Assembly (NCBI RefSeq): GCF_006345805.1
Contig: NW_021825835.1
Span: 1 to 14,435 of the forward strand
Source: Octopus sinensis
Lineage: Eukaryota
Reading direction: 5' to 3'
Length of the DNA stretch: 14,435 nt
Part shown: piece after piece, positions 1 to 8,269 of the stretch
How the letters are laid out: the number at the start of each line of letters is the position of its first letter
Position numbering within the stretch: position 1 is the stretch's first letter
Program-made: the position numbers and the translations under genes
Notes under the pieces: generated by a model
Databases searched by the model: none
The model's input: the letters and a program-made list of their open reading frames with translations, nothing else
Told to the model about the DNA's origin: nothing

Positions 1-16
1 CCACCACCACCACCAC
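1..16. repeat. (CCA)n microsatellite, truncated by the window edge
   Basis: ccaccaccaccaccac. Confidence 0.7.
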
Positions 17-459
17 AATCACTGCCATTGTTATTACGGTGTCCAGCCCCAATCTCTAAAACTCCCACTAACTAACAATGGTGTCAACACCAACGTGCCC
101 TGTTCAAATAATATTGTTAAAACACACAAGACCTTCAATGCACGCCCCTATGCCTTTCACACAGATTGAACACCTCCTTCCAGCTTTAACCATTGTAGAT
201 AATCGCCATAACAATGACGATTGCATCCGCAGATACATCTCTGCTTTATTGTCATGTCGTCGTGTCATCTCCTGATTCATTTACCGTTACTATGACATTC
301 ACTGCTCCACCTCACCAAATGCTTTATTTTTTTTTTTTGATCTACGCATTAATACGAATATATGGAGGTAATTGCTTCATGTTTTGGTTTTCAGAAATGT
401 CCACCAACGGGCAATCAGTCTTACTGAATTCTTTTGCCGGTTGAAGGTACGTTCGACAA

Positions 460-691
460 GGCGGCGAGCTGGCAGAAACATTAGCGCGCCGGGCGAAATG
501 CTTAGCGGTATTTCGTCTGTCGTTTACGTTCTGAGATCAAATTCCGCCAAGGTCGACTTTGCCTTTCATCTTCTCGGGGGTCGATAAATAAAGTACCAGT
601 TTCGCACTGGGGGCCATATAATCGACTCAATCCCTTCGTCTGTCCTTGTTTGTCCCCTCTATGTTTAGCCCCTTCTGGGCAGTAAAGGAAT
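460..691 (+). mobile_element. tRNA-derived SINE family A, full-length young copy
   Basis: Head ggcggcgagctggcagaa (A-box-like TGGCAGAA), B-box-like gagatcaaattcc, central gcctttcatc..ggggtcgataaa..aagtaccag (resembles the Deu/Nin SINE domain as recalled), tail tttagccccttctgggcagtaaaggaata. Homologous to more than 10 other copies in the window. Confidence 0.9.
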
Positions 692-708
692 ATATATTGA
701 TGCCGCTA

Positions 709-827
709 AAGGTGGCAATCTGGCAGAACTGTTAGTATGCCGGTCAAAATTATCAGCGCCATTTCGTCCGTCTTTACATTCAGACTTCAAATTCTGTCAA
801 GGTCGACTTTACCTTTCATCCTTTCGA
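709..827 (+). mobile_element. SINE family A, diverged 5' portion (older subfamily), interrupted by the next copy
   Basis: aaggtggcaatctggcagaactgttag...ttcaaattctgtcaaggtcgactttacctttcatcctttcg aligns to the first ~120 nt of family A with many substitutions. Confidence 0.8.
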
Positions 828-1056
828 GGCGGCGAGCTGGCAGAAACGTTAGAGGTCGGGCGAAATACTTATCGTATTTCGTCTGTCGTTACGTTCTGAG
901 TTCAAATTCCGCCAAGGTTGACTTTGCCTTTCATCCTCTCGGGGTCGATAAATTAAGTACCAGTTTCGCACTGGGTCGATGTCATTGACTTAATCCCTTT
1001 GTCAGTCCTTGTTTGTCCCCCTTTATGTTTAGCCCCTTGTGGGCAATAAAGAAATA
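828..1056 (+). mobile_element. SINE family A, full-length young copy
   Basis: ggcggcgagctggcagaaacg ... gagttcaaattcc (B box) ... gggcaataaagaaata. Confidence 0.92.
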
Positions 1057-1273
1057 AGAAACGTTAGCGCGCCAGGCGAAATGCTTAGCGGTATTTCGTC
1101 TGTCGTTACGTTCTGAGTTCAAATTCCGCCAAGGTCGACTTTGCCTTTCATCCTCTCGGGGTCGAAAAATTAAGTACCAGTTTCGCACTGGGTCGATGTA
1201 ATCGACTTAATCCGTTTGTCTGTCCTTGTTTGTCCCCCTCTATGTTTAGTCCCTTGTGGGTAGTAAAGAAATA
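1057..1273 (+). mobile_element. SINE family A copy lacking the first 14 nt, fused head-to-tail to the preceding copy
   Basis: Starts agaaacgttagcgcgcc directly after the gaaata tail and ends gggtagtaaagaaata. Confidence 0.92.
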
Positions 1274-1417
1274 TATATTGATGCCGCTATTCGATTGGTA
1301 CTGTATGGAATATTTAAACCAATGTCTCCAGCCTATTTCCCCTAGTCCACACTATAACTTTCCCGAAAAATGTATGCCTCACCGGTGGTTGGAAAAATAC
1401 AACTTTGTTTTTAATAT

Positions 1418-1617
1418 AGTTCTATATTTAAGAGATGAGGAATTATGTATAATATTTACATTATTTACATTATTTATATTTGACGGATATTTGTCCTCAT
1501 CTTGTTTGTTGTTGACACAACGATTCGGCTGATATACCCTCCATCCTTCATCAGGTGTCTTGGGGAAATTTCGAACCTGGGTTCTCATTCTTAAGGCATT
1601 TTTCGATGTTATTATTT
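1418..1617 (-). mobile_element. Short hammerhead-bearing repeat, probable Penelope-like element terminal repeat (solo pLTR-like)
   Basis: Minus strand starts at an aataataac (TAA-like) junction, contains a hammerhead motif, then a 9-bp inverted repeat (1433-1441/1494-1502). Boundaries are approximate and partly from recall of a common octopus repeat. Confidence 0.6.
1514..1559 (-). ncRNA. Minimal type I hammerhead ribozyme motif, degenerate (probably inactive)
   Basis: Minus strand: gacac-CTGATGA-a-ggatg-gagggtatat-cagcc-GAA(T)-cg-t-t-gtgtc. Stem I gacac/gtgtc is perfect, stem II has one mismatch, and GAAA is mutated to GAAT. Confidence 0.7.
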
Positions 1618-2235
1618 CGGACTTCTACTGACAATGTTGAGGCGCGATCTTGCGAGCTCTGGGACGAAGACCGCTTCGCTCAACAAACAAACAAAGCAAC
1701 AGCTGCACAACCAACAATCTAAACGACCTACAAATTGTAAGGAAAATAATTTGAGGTGCACATTAAAAAAATAATGGGTTATGTTCCTTTATGTCGAAGG
1801 CTGTAGAAAAATCTTGATCTGTTTCAGAGAAGGTGTAATGACCCAAACAGGAGGTGTAGTTAAATTCTGTATTTCTAATTATTTACTATTGATTAAATGT
1901 TTGTGAAAATTATGAAGTCTTAGTGCTGGGTTTTATAGAGAAGAAGAAGCACGACCCGATTAATAAGGAATTAGACGTAGGAAATTATAACAATATGTGG
2001 ATCTCTGTGCGTATCTTGACATACAAGGGACGAAAACCAATTAAATTATTCACTTTGATTTTAATATTAGCATGAGGCTTTAATGTACGATAATTGCTGT
2101 TATTTATGAACTCGGTGTTAAATAGGCGAAGCTAAATAATACAATTAAATGCGTATCTTTAAGCAAATGGATGGGAGCACATATAAATAAGAATATTATT
2201 AATTTTAGCTTTGATTTTAGTAGAATTTTGCTGCA

Positions 2236-2440
2236 GGGGTTGGCAGAATCGTTAGAGCGTCTGAAAAATGTGCTTTGCTGCATTTCGTCAGTATTTGTTC
2301 CCTGAGCTCTAATCCCACGCTGGTCACCTTTCCTTTCATCACCCTGGGGTCCATAAAATAATATATCTGAAAAGTACTGGAATCGTTCATATCAACTAAC
2401 CCCTGCCTTCAAAATAACTGGTCTTGTGTCTCAATTATTT
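2236..2440 (+). mobile_element. Old, diverged SINE family A-related copy
   Basis: tggcagaatcgttagagcg ... ctgagctctaatccc ... cctttcatcaccctggggtccataaaata ... ggtcttgtgtc. Confidence 0.7.
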
Positions 2441-2570
2441 GTGAAGTGCTGTTAAAAGTACGTGAAGGTAAATTCTAAAATTAGACAAGTGTTAAAACAA
2501 GGTGTTACTTAACTGCAATTATTTTTGGGTGTATTTATGCGTTTGTGTTATTAGGTGATCACAAGACAAT

Positions 2571-2720
2571 ATCGTTAGCACTCCAACATTTCTCCCGACT
2601 CCATGTTTATGAGATAAAATTCCGCCAAGGTCGATTTTGCTTCTCACCAGTCAAATAATGGGGTCGATGTAATCGACGAATTCCCCCCAGGAACTGTTGG
2701 CCCTGTGCCAAAATTTGAAG
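2571..2720 (+). mobile_element. Old SINE family A-related copy with internal deletions
   Basis: atcgttagcac ... aaattccgccaaggtcgattttgc ... ggggtcgatgtaatcgac ... ggccctgtgccaaaatttgaa. Confidence 0.7.
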
Positions 2721-2800
2721 CTATTATAAAGTGAATAAAGTTTACGGTAACATTTTAGCCCAGATCATAACGATCTTATATAATGAGGATATTAATAATT

Positions 2801-2988
2801 TCTGGTTCAGACACAAGGTCAGTAATTTTGAGAGCAGAAGTCTTAAATCGTACATTATTTTATCGATCCAAGAAGGATGAAAAACAAACTTGACTGTGGC
2901 GGAATTTGAACTCAGGACATTAGTATTGGGAAGAAATACGGCAAGATATTTTTCCAGCGCTTTTACGGCTCTGTCAGTTCATCACCCT
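2801..2988 (-). mobile_element. Old SINE family A-related copy
   Basis: Reverse-complement motifs tttatcgatcc..aggatgaaa..ggcggaatttgaactcag..gaaatacggcaag..tctgtcagttcatcacc. Confidence 0.7.
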
Positions 2989-3044
2989 ATTACTTTCGAT
3001 TTTGATAGGAAGCAGGTAAGTCTAGGACTTCACTGTTAGTATAG

Positions 3045-3165
3045 TTTATCGACCCTGAAGATAATGAAAGGGAAAGTTGGTCTTGGTGAGGTTCGAACTC
3101 AGAACTTAAAGAACCGCAACTAAATACTGCAAAACATTTCATCCGACCCTCTAACAACTCTGTTG
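3045..3165 (-). mobile_element. Old SINE family A-related 5' fragment
   Basis: tttatcgaccctga..atgaaagg..ggttcgaactcagaac..aaatactgcaaaacatttcatccgaccctctaac. Confidence 0.65.
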
Positions 3166-3208
3166 ATCTGTCGCACTTGTATTCATGACATCGGTACAAG
3201 ATGTCAAA

Positions 3209-3359
3209 TTTGGAAGGGGTGGGATGGGGGTGGGATGAGGAGTTTCTTCATCCCAGTTTTGGAAGGGGTTGGATGGGGGGGGGATGAGGAGCATCTTCAT
3301 CCCAGTTTTGGAATGGGTTGGATGGGGAATGGGATGAGGAGTATCTTCATCCCAGTTTT
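3209..3359 (+). repeat. Minisatellite, 3 units of ~49-50 bp, G-rich with an internal hairpin
   Basis: Unit tttggaaggggt(t/g)ggatgggg..gggatgaggag(t/c)(a/t)tcttcatcccag at 3209-3256, 3257-3305 and 3306-3355. Confidence 0.92.
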
Positions 3360-3385
3360 CAGTGATACATTCTTTTATTCTTTAA

Positions 3386-3594
3386 TTCTTTTATTTGTTT
3401 CACTCATTTGACTGTGGCCATGCTGGAGCACCGCCTTTAGTCGAACAAATCGACCCAGGACTTTATTCTTTTGTAAGCCTAGCACTCATTCTATCGGTCT
3501 CTTTTTGCTGAGCTGCTAATGCAAACACACCAACATCGGTTGTCAAGCGATGGTGGGGGGAGGACAAACATGGACACACAAACATATACGTATA

Positions 3595-3684
<90 letters not shown>

Positions 3685-3846
3685 ACGATGGGTTTCTTTC
3701 AGTTTCCGTCTATCAAATTCACTCATAAGGCTTTGGGTCGGCCCGAGGCTATAGTAGACAACACTTGCTCAAGGTGTCACGCAGTGGAACTGAACCCGGA
3801 AACATGTGGTTAGGAAGCAAGCTGCTTACCACACAGCCACACCTGC

Positions 3847-3847
<1 letters not shown>
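3386..3847 (-). mobile_element. tRNA-derived SINE family B, full-length, with internal (TA)n
   Basis: Reverse complement of the 6167-6580 copy: head tgcagg..tggctgtgtggtaag..ggttcagttcc, core cttgagcaagtg, internal (TA)n ~3593-3683, tail ggtgctccagcatggccacagtcaaatgagtgaaacaaataaaagaa. Confidence 0.9.
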
Positions 3848-3888
<41 letters not shown>

Positions 3889-3920
3889 GTGGTGGGGGTT
3901 GTTGTACGTGTGTGTGTGTT
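3847..3920. repeat. (TA)n(TG)n compound microsatellite
   Basis: Direct reading of the sequence. Confidence 0.9.
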
Positions 3921-3938
3921 GGGAGTTTTTGCATCCAG

Positions 3939-4102
3939 GTAACTTAGTGGTTCGGCAAAACAGACAACAATAGAATAAGTACCGAAGTTAAAAGGATAAT
4001 AAAAGGACTGGGTTTGAATCATACCACTAAAAATTTCTTCCAGGTAGTTCCCCAGCATGGCCGCAGTCTAATGACTGAAACAAGTAAAACACAAAAGATA
4101 AA
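3939..4102 (+). mobile_element. SINE family B-related 3' half (older variant)
   Basis: gtaacttagtggttcggcaaaa..atagaataagtacc..ccccagcatggccgcagtctaatgactgaaacaagtaaaa. Confidence 0.8.
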
Positions 4103-4290
4103 TATAGTACCAAGGATAATCTCTGGCGCTCTAAAGATTCTGGCAAAAGAAAAAGGAAATACACTTATGAAACTTGCAATTTAGCAAAATTACATAAAAC
4201 CGAATCAATTGTAGAATTTACCTCCGTTCAGATTCCAGTCTTGAATTGGCGCGTGAGAATTTCGCAGCTTACTATACGAACAACAAAATT

Positions 4291-4486
4291 AATTTCTATT
4301 ATAGACACAAAGCCTGGAATTTCGGGTAGGGGGTAAAACGGTGACATCGACTCCGGTGCTCAATTGTCATTTACTTTATCGACCCCGAAAGAATGAAAAC
4401 AAAAGCCGACCTCGCTGGAATTTGAGCTCAGAGCATGAGACAGTCGAAATGCCGCCAAGCATTTTGCCCGGCGTGACATCGATTCT
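4291..4486 (-). mobile_element. Old SINE family A-related copy lacking the first ~14 nt
   Basis: gacacaaagcctggaattt (old-type tail), tttatcgaccccgaaagaatgaaa, ggaatttgagctcag, gcattttgcccggcgtg..gattct. Confidence 0.8.
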
Positions 4487-4670
4487 TATTTCGTTATTGC
4501 CCACAAGGGGCTAAACATAGAGGAGACAGACAAGGACAGACAAACGGATTAAGTCGATTACTTCGACGCCAGTGCGTGACTGGTACTTAATTTATCGACC
4601 ACGAAAGGATGAAAGGCAAAGTTGACCTCGGCGGAATTTGAACTAAGAACTCAGTGGCAGACGAAATACC
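4487..4670 (-). mobile_element. SINE family A young copy, 5'-truncated at ggtatttcgtc
   Basis: tatttcgttattgcccacaaggggctaaac ... ggcggaatttgaact ... gcagacgaaatacc. Confidence 0.9.
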
Positions 4671-4826
4671 TATTTCTTTGCTACCCACAAGGGGCTAAAC
4701 ACAGAGAGGACAAACAAGGACAGACAAACGGATTAAGTCGATTATATCGACTCCAGTGCGTAACTGGTACTTAATTTAACGAGCCCAAAAGAGTGAAAGG
4801 CAAATTCGACCTCGGCGGAATTTGAA
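4671..4826 (-). mobile_element. SINE family A young copy, 5'-truncated at the B box, tandem with the preceding copy
   Basis: tatttctttgctacccacaaggggctaaac ... cctcggcggaatttgaa, then TA-rich repeat. Confidence 0.9.
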
Positions 4827-5045
4827 ATATATATAATATATATAATATATATATATACTTATATATATGATGTATTCATTGCAGGCTTATATAAATGTGC
4901 GTGTTAGTGTGTGTCCGGGTGAGGGCGTGAGTGTGAGTGTGAATTTCATTGTGCATTTCAGGAGTAATTTATAATTTATTACAGTGAATATACTCCTATT
5001 GAATACAATGAATACACAAACATACCTGTGTGAATATTACCTGTA

Positions 5046-5127
5046 TATAAATATATATGTATATATTTGTGTGGTGTGTGTGTGTGTGCGTGAGTGTGTG
5101 TGATAGTGGTTGTGTGTGAATGTATAC

Positions 5128-5175
<48 letters not shown>

Positions 5176-5480
5176 GTAATATTTACACATGCATGTTTTC
5201 AGTAGGGGTGTATTTACTAATAAATTTAAAATTTCTCTTGAAATGCGCAATAAAATACATTTATATAAATATTACAAACACACACACACACTCACACACA
5301 CACAAACACACATACACACACACACACACATATATATATGTATATATATATGTTGGTATTTTAAAGAGAGAATACATGAATGAAATATACAAACAATACA
5401 ACTCTCACACAGCCGTCTACACACACACGCGCACACAGATAGAGTCACACATCTACACAGACCCACACGCACCCCACCCC
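5046..5480. repeat. Compound (TA)/(TG)/(CA) microsatellite region
   Basis: TG-rich run ~5067-5118, (CA)n ~5125-5170 and ~5276-5330, further CA-rich patches. Confidence 0.85.
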
Positions 5481-5687
5481 CACGCGCATGTTGTAAAACA
5501 AGTTTTCCTCTGTCACGCTTGAGTAATTTGCCACAGCAGACAATAAGTGAGGTGGGTGTTGATGATAATTTGACGTTAAATAAGTGCAGTATATATTTGC
5601 TTAAATACATATGCACTCATGCACACAAACTCCACATACATGCACACACACACATGTACACACATATATTTATTGGCTTTGCGTGAC

Positions 5688-5693
<6 letters not shown>

Positions 5694-5778
<85 letters not shown>

Positions 5779-5786
5779 ATTATATA
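5694..5786. repeat. (TA)n microsatellite, interrupted
   Basis: Direct reading of the sequence. Confidence 0.92.
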
Positions 5787-6098
5787 AATGGAGTGAAACG
5801 CAGGTGTTATTCAAATTCTTTTACTTCCGACACATGTTTCGAAGATATCAGTGGTATCATTCCAAAGGAATAAAATGGTGTAAAACAATGTAATCTTCTC
5901 TTCAGGGAAGTGAAGAAATGAAACTCGTCAATAAGACATTTTAACAGAAAATGATGGATATGTATAGTGATTAATTGAATGCTATTAAGATTGCTTCAAA
6001 AGGTGTTATAACGTCAAAGGTAGCCTATAGAAAGAGGAGGAGTAAAAGAAAGAAAAACTAAATAAATGAGAAGTATATAACAAGGGAAAAATACACAC

Positions 6099-6103
<5 letters not shown>
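5787..6103 (-). mobile_element. Putative hammerhead-carrying non-autonomous or Penelope-like element fragment embedded in (TA)n
   Basis: ~320-bp segment unique in the window, containing the hammerhead and bounded on both sides by (TA)n tracts (5694-5786 and 6105-6132). Boundaries are inferred. Confidence 0.45.
5823..5911 (-). ncRNA. Minimal type I hammerhead ribozyme motif with intact catalytic core
   Basis: Minus strand: acttcc (stem I) - CTGAAGA - gaagat [46-nt loop] atcttc (stem II) - GAAA - ca[tg]tg - TC (GUC triplet) - ggaagt (stem I'). All core positions are canonical and stems I and II are perfect 6 bp. Confidence 0.82.
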
Positions 6104-6133
<30 letters not shown>

Positions 6134-6166
6134 CTGTTTTACCGCACAAAATAACTTGCTTATATA

Positions 6167-6580
6167 GGCGCAGGAGTGGCTGTGTGGTAAGTAGCTTGCT
6201 AACCAACCACATGGTTCCGGGTTCAGTCCCACTGCGTGGCATCTTGGGCAAGTGTCTTCTGCTATAGCCCCGGGCCGACCAATGCCTTGTGAGTGGATTT
6301 GGTAGACGGAAACTGAAAGAAGCCTGTCGTATATATGTATATATATATAAGTGTGTGTATATGTTTGTGTGTCTGTGTTTGTCCCCCTAGCATTGCTTGA
6401 CAACCGATGCTGGTGTGTTTACGTCCCCGTCACTTAGAGGTTCGGCAAAAGAGACCGATAAAATAAGTACTGGGCTTACAAAGAATAAGTCCCGGGGTCG
6501 ATTTGCTCGACTAAAGGCGGTGCTCCAGCATGGCCGCAGTCAAATGACTGAAACAAGTAAAAGAGAAAAGAGAAAAGAGA
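6167..6580 (+). mobile_element. tRNA-derived SINE family B, full-length young copy
   Basis: A box tggctgtgtgg (6177-6187), B box ggttcagtccc (6220-6230), CORE-like cttgggcaagtg, short internal TA/TG tract ~6330-6380, tail (aaaagag)3. Confidence 0.92.
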
Positions 6581-6795
6581 ATATCTTTCCTATGACCAAA
6601 GTCTCGGTCAGGTGTCATGTCTCACAGCCATTGATGAAGTCTTAGTTTTACTAATGTGTTGTAAGTGAAAACTAGTAGGAGTCAAATTGTGGTTGTATGT
6701 AATAGGTGGAGAATTGTTAAGCACCGGATTAGTGGTCGAACAGGGCGTCATTCGTAAAAACCAACATTCTAATTATGAGAAAAATAGCCCAAAAT

Positions 6796-6872
6796 CATAT
6801 ATATATATATGTATACATATCGATACATATATATACCAAATGCATATATATATATGCAAATGTATTTGTATA

Positions 6873-6914
<42 letters not shown>

Positions 6915-7116
6915 ATATAGATAATAATACATATATATATATATACATACATATACATATGTACACCACTATATATATATATAATATTAGTGTATATATA
7001 TGTGTGTGTGCTTTTAACACATATATATATGTATATATATATATATATATAATTGTGTGTGTATATATGTATATGTGTGCATATTTGTATATGTATGTAT
7101 ATATACATATATATGT
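6796..7116. repeat. Compound (TA)n-rich microsatellite
   Basis: Direct reading of the sequence. Confidence 0.9.
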
Positions 7117-7347
7117 GTCTGTGTGTTTTTACATACTTTCATGCGTAGCACATGATATACAGTAAATATGGTGGACCATACAGTAAATATGGTAGCATCG
7201 TTCGTAGACAGAACTTCAGCTGTAAAAAAAAAAAAAACTTATCCGCCCAAACGTTTCCTCCATTACAAACCTCAAAAGAAACTTCATAAACAGGACATCT
7301 GAGCCCATATTTTAACCGGATGTCAGCATATCAAATAGACCATTCTA

Positions 7348-7531
7348 GGACAGACAAAGAGATTAAGTCGATTACATCGACCCCAGTGCGTAACTGGTAC
7401 TTAATTTATCGAACCCGAAAGTATGAAAGGCGAAATCGATCTCGGCGGAATTTGAACTTAGAACATAAAGACAGACGAAATACTGCTAATCGTTTCGTCC
7501 GGCGTGCTAACGTTTCTGCCAGCTCGCCTCC
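7348..7531 (-). mobile_element. SINE family A copy with intact 5' end, missing the last ~50 nt
   Basis: ggacagacaaa..gtcgattacatcgaccccagtgcgtaactggtac..ggcggaatttgaact..gctaacgtttctgccagctcgcc. Confidence 0.9.
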
Positions 7532-7629
7532 TTACGATGGAATATTGTATTATGGGTTAAAAATGTAGATGTTATGCATATCTTTTGCATTAGCTTTCCA
7601 TCATTCAACACAACAATATTTATAGCTGT

Positions 7630-7753
7630 ATTGTATATAAGTATATACACACATATTTCATTTCAGCATACTTATATACATATGTATATACACCTACATA
7701 CCAATGGTGTACATATATACGTATATGTTTGTATACTAATATATTAGTTTATA

Positions 7754-7809
<56 letters not shown>

Positions 7810-8043
7810 TATATATATATATAGTTTATATATACATATTTATATATTATATATATATGTGTGTGTGTATACACATATTTCTATGTATACGCATATAATT
7901 ATATGCTTTTGTGTATATATAATATATACTCATTGATCAGGTGTACATATATAATATGTATGAAGTTATGACACATTTTGTATATAGTATATATATTACA
8001 TAATACATACATATATATATACACATATATATAACAATATATA

Positions 8044-8091
<48 letters not shown>

Positions 8092-8101
8092 TATATACAT
8101 A
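7630..8101. repeat. Compound (TA)n-rich microsatellite
   Basis: Direct reading of the sequence. Confidence 0.88.
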
Positions 8102-8198
8102 AAGTATTGCGAATGATTTCTATTATTCGAGTCACGACATTTTTATAGTTGAAAAAAATCGCCACCAAAATCATGTATACATGTAAGTCTGTAGATAA

Positions 8199-8266
8199 AA
8201 TAATAATAATAATAATAATATAATAATAATAAATAATTACTAATAATAATAATAATAATAATAATA
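8199..8266. repeat. (AAT)n microsatellite, 5' flank of the first LINE fragment
   Basis: Direct reading of the sequence. Confidence 0.92.
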
Positions 8267-8269
8267 AAA

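Noticed and set aside
372-1532. Paralogous-looking ORFs sharing RRAGRN..SNSAKVDFAFH
   Set aside because: The similarity comes from repeated SINE family A sequence, not from a protein family.
3055-3080. CTGAAGA..GAAA as a third hammerhead
   Set aside because: No stem II or stem I pairing; it lies within a degenerate SINE A copy.
3209-3359. CRISPR-like array (palindromic repeats with variable intervals)
   Set aside because: Intervening segments are homologous G-tracts rather than unique spacers, there are no cas genes, and the context is eukaryotic.
7157-7193. 16-bp direct repeat atacagtaaatatggt (period 21)
   Set aside because: Simple local tandem duplication with nothing inserted between; not a TSD.
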